Positions 46,902 through 58,701 of a stretch of DNA of 64,000 bases are shown here, one piece after another (the stretch's first letter is position 1; each line of letters begins with the position of its first letter). The DNA comes from Histomonas meleagridis 2922-C6/04-290x (Eukaryota > Protista > Parabasalia): NCBI GenBank assembly GCA_020184695.1, contig JAANOX010000207.1:1-64000 (forward strand). Reading direction: 5' to 3'. The notes beneath the pieces are model-generated. The model saw only the letters and a list, made by a program, of their open reading frames with translations. It ran no database searches and was not told where the DNA came from. A program made the translations under genes and the position numbers.

Positions 46902-49501
46902 ATGTTGATGAAAAATAATGAAAATCATGTGAAATCCAAACTTGAATCAAGCCATTCACTGTTAAAAAAGTGTTCCAAAACAATTTCAACATTAGAAGAA
47001 ATTATTTTTTCTTTAAATAAAGAAAATATCAGTCAAACAGTTGAGCAAATAATAAAACTTAGTAATGATTTTTTTTTGCCTTATTTCAATCTAATATTTA
47101 GCAGATTAATATATTCTGCAATTATTTCTCGAATTAATGATTACAAAATATATCTTTCTTTAATCCAAAAAATCGAAGACAATGAATATAATATTTTGAA
47201 CTCATTCATGAAATATCTATTTCGAGTGGATTCAAACGAATCAAATTTTCTTTTAGTGAAAATGGATGAATTAAAATTGATTTCATTGGATACATGTAAA
47301 CGTCCATACGCCTATTATATAGTAAATCACAAATATTTTAAGAAAAATGCTGGTAAAAAGTATAAGAAATTTATAAAAGAAGGAGTTAATCCAAATGAAA
47401 TTGCAATCACAATTAGAAACGACGAAATAGAAAAACTTCAAGAAATAACATCACAAACAAATTTTGATTTTAATCAAACAATTGAATCATCATCTTTTGA
47501 AAAATGTTCATTTATTAATCATGAAAATGTTACATTAATTGATTATGCAGCATTTTTTGGATCAGATAAATGTTTTAAATACTTACTTATGAATGGGGCA
47601 AATTTAAAAAATACAGGTAAATATGCAATTGCAGGTGGAAATCTTGAAATTATTCATTTATGTGAACAAAATGGTTCATCATTTGAAGATGCATATGAAG
47701 CAGCAATTGAATTTCATCGAAATGATATCTTCAAATATCTTTATGAAAATAATATTTTTAAATATTCTTCAAAAAAGATTTCTAAATTTATATTATTTTC
47801 TTATGAAGGATATGTTAATATTGAAATATTAAAATTTTTACTTGAACAAAATTATATTAATATTAAAAATATTTTGTAATTTTATTTGAAATTTATTATG
47901 ATAATTTGATATTACTTAAAAATATTTACAAAATATCCTAATTATTTAAAACAGCACTCATTTTTGCATTCAAAAAAGATCTTATAGAATTTGCAATAGT
48001 ACTTCTTGAACAAGAAGGAATTGATATAAATGCCAAAGATATTATTTATTTTAATAATTTGAAATTCCAAAATAATATTTGGAAATTATTTAAATTATTT
48101 CAAACAGCACTTATTTTGGCATCTGAATATGGTCATACAGAAATAGTTAAATTACTTCTTGAACAAAAAGGAATTGATATTAATGCTAAAAATATTTATT
48201 TGTTTTATTTAATATTTATTTTAATAATTTTATATTTCAAAATAATAATTGGAAATTATTTAAATTATTTTGGACAGCACTTATTTTGACATCTAGAGAT
48301 GGTCATACAGAAATAGTTAAATTACTTCTTGAACAAGAAGGAATTGATATAAATGCCAAAGATATTATTTATTTTAATAATTTGAAATTCCAAAATAATA
48401 TTTGGAAATTATTTAAATTATTTCAAACAGCACTTATTTTAGCATCTGATAAAGGTCATACAGAAATAGTTCAGTTACTTCTTGAACAAGAAGGAATTGA
48501 TATTAATGCTAAAGATATTTATTTGTTTCATATAAAATTTATATTTCAAAATAATATTTGGAAATTATTTAAATTATTTTGGACAGCACTTATATGTGCA
48601 TCTGAAAATGGTCATCTAGAAATAGTTAAATTACTTCTTGAACAAAAAGGAATTGATATTAATGCTAAAGATATTTATTTGTTTCATATAAAATTCATTT
48701 TAATAATTTGGAAATTCAAAATAATATTTGGAAATTATTTAAATTATTTAAGACAGCATTTGTGCTTGCATCTATGTATGGTCGTACAGAAATAGTTAAA
48801 TTACTTCTTGAACAAGAAGGAATTGATATTAATGCAAAAAATATCTATTTTCTGTATTTAAAATTTTTATTAAAAATTTTATGTTTCGGAATAATACTTA
48901 AAATTTAGTTAAAATATTTAATAATGCATTAATGCATACAAATGAAATTGGTCATATAAAAATTGTTAGATTACTTCTTAAACAAGAAGGAATTGATATC
49001 AACGCTAAAAATATTTATTTGCTATATTTAAAATTTATTTTTCAAATCATATATTCTAAATATACTTTTGGCAATCATTCGTATTATTTTGGACATCACT
49101 TATATTTGCTTCTTCTAATGGGAGCGTGGAAATAGTTAAATTGCTTCTTAAACAAAAAGGAATTGATGTCAATATTCAAAATATTTATGAAAATTATTTA
49201 ATATTTATTTTAATAATTTCTTATTTTCATATAATATTTGGGAATTATTATATTTTTTTAAAACAGCACTTATACTTGCATCTTGGAAGGGTCATACAGA
49301 AACAGTTAAATCACTTCTCGCACATAGTGGAATTAAAACCGAAATTAAGGACATTTATGAATTTAATTTAAAATTTATTTGAATAATTTGATATGTCTAA
49401 ATATTTTTTGGAAATTAATCAAGTCATTTAATACAGCACTTATGCGTGCTACGACTTATGGTTACAAAGAAATAGTGGATTTACTTAAGGTTGGTGTTTG
49501 A
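46902..49501 (+). CDS. DUF3447 + ankyrin-repeat gene B; modules interrupted by 10 spacers (7 x 80, 2 x 63, 1 x 66 nt)
   Basis: LIDYAAFFGSDKCFKYLLMNGA / KYAIAGGNLEIIHLC domain, then nine full ankyrin modules of exactly 90 nt and a terminal partial module ending TGA 49499-49501. Not a continuous ORF. Confidence 0.8.
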
Positions 49502-50029
49502 CCTTGTGTCAACTCGATGAATTAATAAGATATTAAATTTGTTCCAATACCATTTTGTACTAATAAAAATTTTCTATTTATCTATTGAAACAAAATTATA
49601 TTTTATTAATTATTCATGAAAATCTTCATATTAATACATTTCGTCAAATTTTTCCTCACATAAAAAACTTATCATATATTTGATATTTTTGAAAATTCTT
49701 CTGTAAAAAAAGATTATATAGCTACTTTTAGATTAATTTAACGCATTGATTTAAGTCTTAAATTTTCAAAAAATGATTGTTTCACTTTTTCATAGATAAA
49801 TGCTCTGAAAACGAAATAAAGCTTACAAAAAAAAAAGATGATCATATCTCATTTTCTCTTATGACTAACATTATATTGCCCATGTAAATATAATTTATTT
49901 TAGGACGCGAATCGAAAACCTAGAGTTTTAACATAAAAACGCGATTAAAATTCAAATAAATATAACTTTGAATATTCATTATATTAAAAAACACTTCTGT
50001 TGTAAAAAGTTACAAATATTTACAGCAGT

Positions 50030-50095
50030 GACCGTTTATTAAATGGTTTAATTCAGAGTAAACGGTCGAGCGGTTATGGTCGACCTTTTAGCTCC
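50030..50095 (+). promoter_or_regulatory. RPLP2 promoter: GACCGTT/AACGGTC Myb/M3-like sites and CCTTT (M5)
   Basis: gaccgtt at 50030, aacggtc at 50061, CCTTT at 50084-50088 just before the ATG. Similar AACGG sites lie upstream of several genes (e.g. 16647, 20706, 22309, 46452). Confidence 0.5.
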
Positions 50096-50410
50096 ATGAA
50101 GTATATTGCAGCATATCTTCTCGCTCAAGCTGGTGGCGATGCTTCTCCTTCAAAAGAAAAGATCACAGCAATCCTTGAAAGCGTTGGAATTCAAGTTGAT
50201 GCCAAAGCAATTGATGCACTTCTTGAAAAATTAAATGGAAAGAACATTGAAGAATTAATCAAGGAAGGTTCATCTAAACTTGCAGTTGTTGGTGGTGGCG
50301 CCGCCGCTCCTGCTGCTGCATCTGCAACAGAAGAAAAGAAAGAAGAAGAAAAGAAGGAAGAAGAAGAAGTTGTTGAATTGGCAGGTGGATTCGATGATCT
50401 TTTCGACTAA
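50096..50410 (+). CDS. RPLP2: 60S acidic ribosomal protein P2
   Basis: MKYIAAYLLA, Ala-rich hinge, acidic tail ending GFDDLFD. Confidence 0.93.
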   Translation: MKYIAAYLLAQAGGDASPSKEKITAILESVGIQVDAKAIDALLEKLNGKNIEELIKEGSSKLAVVGGGAAAPAAASATEEKKEEEKKEEEEVVELAGGFDDLFD

Positions 50411-50861
50411 AATAAACCACTGATTTTATGGCTATTAGATTTTAAACAATTATAAATATTCAACATGCATTCGTAACTTTTGTCCTTAACACGAATGTTA
50501 TTTCCCAAACAAGGAAATTGTTAGCTAAAAAACATTTTTGTGACTGCATCCAATATTTCATGATCTAATGAAATTAAATTGGATTAAATTCATAAGAAAA
50601 ACGTTATGATTTAACTTGTTCGAATTTTCAGCCAAAAACGTAATACTTATTCAAGAATCACATGAATTTTTTTGTGATAAATTTAATTGAGTAAAATTGA
50701 ATTACTTTATTAAAGAAGCAAGCAACCCATTTTAAAGTTTAAACTCAATACCACATCATGAGAAGTTAAATTAACTTCTTTTTTGGTTGAAAATCAAAAT
50801 CATTTTTTTGTTGTAATTTCTTATCGGATTTGACATTGTTTGTTTGGAACCCAACTGATTT

Positions 50862-52103
50862 ATGATTTTTACTTTTTTCTCATTCTCAATTTGTTATAGC
50901 TCAGCTGATCTATTATCACCATTTAAAAATGATGGGCAAAGAAATATCGGTGTTTGGGAATTTACAGGAGCAGCAAAAGTAAATGCAACATATATTTTAT
51001 TATCTCCTCCTTTACAATTTCATAGAGGAGGTGCATGGACAAATGTAGTCCTTCCAACAGGGAATTGGTCCGTCCAGTTTGAATTATGTATAACAGAAGG
51101 AATTGATGGAGGTTTTGGTATTTGGTTGATTGATTCATATGGATCTTCTGGAAATTTAGGTGGAGGTCCAACAAAATTTAGAGGAGTTTCCCTCATTGGT
51201 AAGGTCACAAAAAAAGACAGAATAAATTCCATCGATTTATTTGTTTTAGAAAACGATGGTGATTTATCATTTGAAACACTTCCAACAGCTCCTGACAAAT
51301 CTATCGTTTTTCACCACAAAAGGCATATTTTTATTGAACTTACATTTTCAGATAAAAACATGCTTGTTAAAGTTGATGCTTCTAATGCCGGGAAACTCAA
51401 AAAGGTTCTTAATGTTTCACTTTCGACAGATATTAGCAAAAGTTTCCTTGGTGTTACATCTCAATCCAATCAACAAGCAATGAGATTAGAGCTATATGGA
51501 ATTCAATTTAAAGCGAACAGAAACACGACAACTCAACGATTTCAACCAATTGTAGAAATAGATAAATATGGGAATTTTAAGCCAAACACAAATTTGAAAT
51601 TTCGAAATCCAAAATTTCAAAAGTTATTAAATTACTCAACATATGGTCTTGGAAAAGAAGCAACTTTAACAGAAGTATTTGATTCTATTGATGAAGTTAG
51701 CGATGTTTGTATTGATGTTGCATCATACAAAGATTTGAGTGAGTTTGTTCGCAAATCGGTGCACCCCTTTTCGGAAAAGTGGCAACGGAGAACGATAAAA
51801 ACGGTTGAGTATTCAAAAAGTGTTGAACGAACCATCAAGTACGCTTCAAATGCGACACAGAACATTTTAAAATCATTTAATGAAACAATTGCAAAAGAAG
51901 CACTTAGCGTCAAAAGAAAAATTAATCATTTTACAGATTTTTATGAAGAATTGAATGAAGCAAATGAAGAAAACAAACCATTGGTGTTCGAAATATCGCT
52001 GAATACAGAACAACAAGATAAGTCTCTTTTGGTGGTTTACTTTTTGTTGTTTGAGATAATGTTATTGTTTACATATATATCTAGGAAGAGTTATGAAAAT
52101 TAA
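50862..52103 (+). CDS. L-type lectin membrane protein (ERGIC-53/VIP36-like)
   Basis: Signal peptide, WEFTGAA..., GGAWTN...WSVQFE, GGFGIW, coiled-coil region, C-terminal TM and short tail. Confidence 0.75.
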   Translation: MIFTFFSFSICYSSADLLSPFKNDGQRNIGVWEFTGAAKVNATYILLSPPLQFHRGGAWTNVVLPTGNWSVQFELCITEGIDGGFGIWLIDSYGSSGNLGGGPTKFRGVSLIGKVTKKDRINSIDLFVLENDGDLSFETLPTAPDKSIVFHHKRHIFIELTFSDKNMLVKVDASNAGKLKKVLNVSLSTDISKSFLGVTSQSNQQAMRLELYGIQFKANRNTTTQRFQPIVEIDKYGNFKPNTNLKFRNPKFQKLLNYSTYGLGKEATLTEVFDSIDEVSDVCIDVASYKDLSEFVRKSVHPFSEKWQRRTIKTVEYSKSVERTIKYASNATQNILKSFNETIAKEALSVKRKINHFTDFYEELNEANEENKPLVFEISLNTEQQDKSLLVVYFLLFEIMLLFTYISRKSYEN

Positions 52104-52290
52104 AACAATAAAATTGTATCATATGATATTTCCTTTGGTATTAAAATTAAGTTCTTTTGCAAACAAATTGTAAGCATTAAATGAGTGATTAATGATTTTG
52201 AAATTTTCAATAAAATAACTTAATATATAAACATTTACCTAATAACATTCGTCAGGGTTTGTAGAATTTTTTGGATTTAGCTTCAACATT

Positions 52291-52674
52291 TTATGCTTTT
52301 GAAAAATTTGTTTCATTGTTTTCTAATTCTTTGACAAATGAATTAATACTCCATTCTTCTTGCGTTTCATTTACTTGCTCAGGTGGTAATAAAAGGTTAT
52401 ATAATATCGTAAGTTCATCATGATGAATTTTTGTTTCTTCAACATTATCAATTTCTTGAGGTTCATTGATAACAGACACAGTTGTATTCTCTTCATCACT
52501 TTCGGATTCGCTCTTTTCTTTTGCCACTGGAATTATTTCAATATCTATATCAAGATCTATATCACTTGAATTTTCACTATCAAAATTAATTTGAGTCTTT
52601 TGTCTTTTAGGGCTTGCTGAACTTATATTTCTTTTTGGTGAAGTATTTGAGCTTTTGTTCATATTTGGCGACAT
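52291..52674 (-). CDS. small acidic low-complexity hypothetical protein
   Basis: ORF with SPKR repeats and a D/E-rich stretch; first ATG at 52674; no recognisable domain. Confidence 0.4.
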   Translation of the reverse strand: MSPNMNKSSNTSPKRNISSASPKRQKTQINFDSENSSDIDLDIDIEIIPVAKEKSESESDEENTTVSVINEPQEIDNVEETKIHHDELTILYNLLLPPEQVNETQEEWSINSFVKELENNETNFSKA

Positions 52675-52855
52675 GTGATGTAAGATGTATTTATATATAT
52701 TTTGACATTTCCACTTTTTCAATATAATATGATCGTTCCAGAAAAGTGGAGTATATTTTCCACTTACAATAGAATTCTGTCAAAATAATTTCAAAATTTG
52801 CCTGGTTTGAAAAAATTTCTGAGCATTTAAGGTTTTTGCATTTTTTCTTCTTTCT

Positions 52856-55800
52856 ATGGGAGGCGGTCAAAGTCAAATCACTGGAAAATACCAAGAAAAC
52901 CTTCAAATATCACAAAATGTTCAACAAATTATTTATAATTCAGAAGAAGATCGAATCAGACAATCAATCGAATTTTTGTTAAAACACTATACAGACGAGT
53001 TTTCGTATTCATTTAATATTATTATTTGTAGGTTAATATATTCATATTTTGTTGTCAAAGGTTCTGATAAAATCTGCTTTGAATTATTAAAAGAAATTGA
53101 ATTTATGGAATATGAAATTGAAGCAAGACGACATATAAGCGTTATTGATATCTTTACACAAATTCTTGTATTTCTTAATACTCAAGAATCATATTATCTT
53201 CTTGAAAAAATGATTGACAATCAATTTATTGATTTCAAAATTTGTCAAAAAATAAAAACAAAATATTTTTTACATCATTTTCCAAATATTATAAGCAAAT
53301 CCACAAGAAAAAATGAAAAATATTCTTATGAAGAACTTTCAAAGAATGATTTTGCACTTCATAAGAAATTAATTAAAGAAGGAGTTAATCAGAATGAAAT
53401 TGCAAAAATAATTCGAAATGATGAAATCGAAAAACTTCAAGAAATGTCATCACAAAATGATTTTGATTTTAATCAAATAATTGAACCATCACTTTATGAA
53501 AGATGTTCATTTGTTAATAAAAAAAATGTTACATTAATTGATTATGCAGCATTTTTTTCTGCAATTAAATGTTTCAAATACTTACTTATAAATGGTGCAA
53601 ATGTAAAAAATACAGGTAAATATGCAATTGCAGGTGGAAATGAAGAAATCATTCATTTATGTGAACAAAATCATTCATCATTTGAAGATGCATATGAAGC
53701 AGCAATTGAATTTCATCGAAATGATATATTTAAATATATTTATGAAAACAAAATAATTGTAAACGCGAATTTGACTTCTTTAGGAATTAAGTGTATCTCA
53801 TATAGTAATTATGAAATTCTTTCATTTTTGGTAAACGAAGGAATGAAAATTAATAATTCACTTATCATTGAAGCAATCAATACGGGTAACTTACTTATTG
53901 TTCAATATTTTCATGGGAAAGTTCCTATTAAAATAAATTTTTTCGATATCACATCTTTTTTAGGGAATGAAGAACTTATTCAATACCTAATTAATAACGG
54001 ATGTATTGATTTTAATGATATTAATATTTATTTATTTCATTCAAAATTATTCAATATGATTTAATTATTCAAAATAAAATATGGAATTTTTAAATATTTT
54101 ATGAATCAAAACTTTTAAGTGCATCTAAAAAAGGTTATGTAGATGTAGTAAAAATTCTTCTTAGTCAAAAAGGTGTTGATATTAATGCCGAAAATATTTT
54201 TGTGTTTTATTTAAAATATGTTTTGATTATTTAAAGTAATAAAATAATATTTGAAAATTCTTGAAATTATTTCAAACTTCACTTGTTTTAGCAGCTAAAC
54301 ATGGCCATACAAAAATAGTAAAGTTACTACTTGAACACGAAGGAATTGATCTTGTAAAAAACCAAATTTATTTGTATAATAAAATGTTATTTTATTCAGT
54401 ATGGAATTGATTTAAATTATTTAATAAAGCTTTAACCATCTCATGTGAAAAAGGTTATGTAGAAATAATAAACTTATTACTAGAAAAAGAAGGAATTGAC
54501 ATTAACAATAATGTATGTATTTATTTTAAATATTTAATGATTCTTCATAATATTAAACACACCACTTATAATCGCATCGGAATCCGGCCAAATTGATATA
54601 GTTAAGTTACTTATTAATAAAAAAGGGACAAAAATGTATAGTAAAAATAATTATTTACTTCTTGAACAAGAAGGAATTGATATTAATGCTAAAGATATTT
54701 ATTTGTTTCATATAAAATTCATTTTAATAATTTTATTTTTCAAAACAAGATTTGGAAATTATTTAAAATATTTAGTACAGCACTTATTTTGACATCTAGA
54801 GATGGTCACACAGAAATGGTTAAATTACTTCTTGAACAAAAAGGAATTGATATTAATGCTAAAGATATTTATTTGTTTTATTTAATATTTATTTTAATAA
54901 TTTTATATTTCAAAATAATATTTAACAATTATCAAAATTTTTTAATACAGCACTTATTTGTGCATCTATAAATGGTAATATAGGAATAGTTAAATTACTT
55001 CTTGAACAAGAAGGAATTGATATTAATGCTAAAAATATTTATTTGTTTTATTTAATATTTATTTTAATAATTTTCTATTTCAAAATAATATTTGGAAATT
55101 ATTTAAATCATTTCAAACAACACTTATGTATGCATCAAAAAAAGGTTATACAGAAATTGTTGAATTGCTACTTGACAAAGAAGGAATTGATATTAATACT
55201 AAAGATAAATTTTTATTTTTTTATAATTTTCTATTTCAAAAATAATATTTGGAAATTATTTAAATTATTTCAAACAGCACTTATAATATCATTGGAAAAA
55301 GGTCATACAGAAATAGTTAAGTTACTTCTTGAACAAGAAGGAATTGATATTAATGCTAAAGATATTTATTTGTTTTATTTAATATTTATTTTAATAATTT
55401 TCTATTTCAAAATAATATTTGGAAATTATTTAAATCATTTCAAACAGCACTTATGTATGCATCAAAAAAAGGTCATACAGAAATAGTTAAGTTACTTCTT
55501 GAACAAGAAGGAATTGATATTAATGCTAAAGATATTTATTTGTTTTATTTGATAATTATTTTAATAATTTTGGTTTTCAAAATAATATTTGGGAAATATT
55601 TGAATTAATTGAAACAGCACTTATTTTAGCATCTGATAAAGGTCATACAGAAATAGTTCAGTTACTTCTTGAACAAAAAGGAATTGATATTAATGCTAAA
55701 GATATTTATTTGTTTCATATAAAATTTATATTTCAAAATAATATTTGGAAATTATTTAAATTATTTAAAACAGCACTTATTTTAGCATCTTCAAATGGTC

Positions 55801-57462
55801 ATACAGAAATAGTCAAATTACTTCTTGAACAAGAAGGAATTGATATTAATGCTAAAAATATTTATTTGTTTTATTTAATATTTATTTTAATAATTTTCTA
55901 TTTCAAAATAATATTTGGAAATTATTTAATTTATTTTATACAGCACTTATTTGGGCATCTAAAAAAGGACATACAGAAATAGTTAAATTACTTCTTGAAC
56001 AAAAAGGAATTGATATTAATGCTATAAATATTTATTTGTTTTATTTAATATTTATTTTAATAATTTTCTATTTCAAAATAATATTTGGAAATTATTTAAA
56101 TTATTTAGAACAGCATTTGTGCTTGCATCTAAAAATGGTCACACAGGAATAGTTAAATTACTTCTTAATTACAAAGAAATTATTAATGATATAAATATTT
56201 GTTTGTTTTATTCAATATTTATTTCGTGATATTATTGTTTTTGAAAATTTATAGTTAATTAAAAACATTTAATATTTCTTTTGTTTACGCTTGCCAAGGA
56301 GGATTTAAAGAAATTGTGGATTTACTTATCAAACAAAAAAGAATTGATATCAATTCTAAAGTCAATATTTCAATGTGATTTTTGGAATTTATTTAAAATA
56401 GTTCAAACAGCACTTATATATGCATCTTTAAATGGTCATGTAGAAATTGTTAAAATTCTTTTAGAACAAAAAGGAATTGATATTAAAGCAAAAGATATAT
56501 ATTTATTTGATATAAAATTTATTTTTATATTTTAATATATTCAAATAATATTTGAAAATTATTTATATTATTTAGAACAGCACTTGATTATGCAATTGTT
56601 AAAGATCAAATTGAAATTGTGGAATTGTTGGTTGCACAAAAGAACATTGGATTAGATATTAATGCTAAAGATATTTATATGTTTTATAGAAAATTAGTTT
56701 TAATAATTTTTAATTTCAATATAAAATTTGGGAAATGTTTATATTATTTTGGACAAAGCTTATTTGGTCATCTGTAAATGGTCAAAATGATATAATTAAA
56801 ATCTTGCTTCGAATTCAAAACGTTGATATAAATGCTCAAACCATTCAAATGTTTTATTTATAATTTATTTTGATATTTTGATGTTTCAATTGTATGTATG
56901 GAAATAATTTAAATTATTTGAAACTGCATTTCTTTTAGCAGTCAGATATAATAAAATAGAAATTGTTAAGATTCTTCTTGAGCAAAAAGGAATTAATGTT
57001 AATATTAAAGATAATATTTAAAATTTAAATTTTGGGTTTATATCTAATAATTGGCAATCATTTAAATTATTTAAAAATGCACTTATGTATGCAAGTGCTA
57101 AGAATTATATAAAAATGACTCAAATACTTCTTGCATATAAAGGAATTGATATAAATGCTAAAAACAATATTAATTTGAATAATTTGATATTAATTATATG
57201 TATTCGGAATTCGTTTAATATAGTTGAAACTGCATTAATAATAGCATCCAAATATGGTCATAAAAAAATACTGAAATTGCTACTTAATCAAGAAGGAATC
57301 GATATTAATGCACAAGATAATATTAATTTCAAACATCCAATATTCAATATAAACATTTGGAATTTTTTTTAGATATTTCAAACAGCCCTTAGTATAGCAA
57401 ATGAAAATGAAAATGACAAAATACTTAAATTGTTGTTATCCGCAAATAATCACAAATCTTAA
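52856..57462 (+). CDS. DUF3447 + ankyrin-repeat gene C (N-myristoylation motif); modules interrupted by 21 spacers
   Basis: MGGGQS start, DUF3447-like domain, then ankyrin modules mostly of 90 nt (one 138-nt fused module). Spacers: 12 x 80, 77, 67, 66, 3 x 63, 60, 46, 43 nt. Ends TAA 57460-57462. Not a continuous ORF. Confidence 0.8.
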
Positions 57463-57465
57463 AAT

Positions 57466-58475
57466 AGAACGGGTCCTATTCTCTAAACGGTCGTTTGACA
57501 CCAAATAAAATAAAATTATCTCGTTGTTCTCATTATTTAAATTTTTAAAAAATATATATCAGAGATTAATAATAACAGTAGATAATATAATTATATTTTT
57601 ATAAGACAAAAACTTATATTTAAAGATTTGACACTTATAAATAAAATAAATATATCTGCATATAAAATTGGTTTACACATATGACAATAGGTGTTTTATA
57701 TATTTCATTATATATTATTTTGCATATTAAAAATAATCGGATTTTTATGAATCAATTATTGACTTTCTAGTTAAAATTGAAAAGTCAGAATATTATTTTG
57801 CAATTATTTCGATAATGATAATAGATATCAAAATTCTGTCTTCTAGAAAATTAGTTTTTTTTATGGCATTTCTATAAATATGTTTATTTATTTGATATCT
57901 AAAATAATGAGACCTGTAGCCAATCAGGAAATTTTTTTCTGATTTCTGAGACAGGGTTGACTTTTTCACTATAATTATACGTTAAAGGATCACCTCAGCT
58001 TTACCCAGTTATAAACTTGACATAAAATAAAAATATCTTTATGAATATATAATATATATGCATATATATTTTAATATTTAATTATTTATTTACCATAGTT
58101 GATAAAAAATTATGCTTTATTGAAATAAATATTAAATCATTTCACACAAAAGGCTCGAAGTAAATTGACTTGTTTTTTATGATCTTCCAATCTAACGTTA
58201 ATTTGTGATTGCTTTGGGTCCCAGACTGGGACTCCCAGCATATAAATAAAGAATATCTAAATATATATTTTTGAATAGTTTATTCGATTTCGAAACTGAA
58301 ACCTAATTGTACCGATCATTTTTAATACAAAAAAATTAAAATATAAATATAAATATCTCTATTTAGAATTGGTTATAGAATTAAAAAAGATATATATAAT
58401 GAAATACATCATATGTTATTTAATTATGAATAAAATATATAAAATTCAGAAGAAAATTAGAATAGGACCCGTTTG
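57466..58475. mobile_element. 1010-bp non-autonomous DNA transposon (TIR + 8-bp TSD)
   Basis: aacgggtcctattct (57468-57482) is the perfect reverse complement of 58459-58473. The 17-bp termini are flanked by the direct repeat cttaaaat at 57458-57465 and 58476-58483. No intact ORF inside. Confidence 0.75.
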
Positions 58476-58701
58476 CTTAAAATATATAAACAATTTTATA
58501 CCTTATTATTTTTTGTTTATATTTAAAACTTTTTAATAAATTATATAATAAAAAATTAATTTGAATTTGCACAACAAAAAATTTTACTTTACAATATTCC
58601 AAATATGAAATTATATTAAATATTTTTCATCCAAAAATATATTTTAGAGAATAACATTTCAAATAATTACTTTGATTCATAATACGAAATTAATATTATT
58701 A

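Noticed and set aside
47871-49432. Canonical GT-AG splicing of ankyrin spacers using GT in TTTGTTT and the ACAG within Thr-Ala codons
   Set aside because: That join is out of frame and deletes the conserved Thr. ACAG is absent in many units (aat gca, aca tca, act tca, aaa gct, aca cca) and the GT is absent in the 63-nt class.
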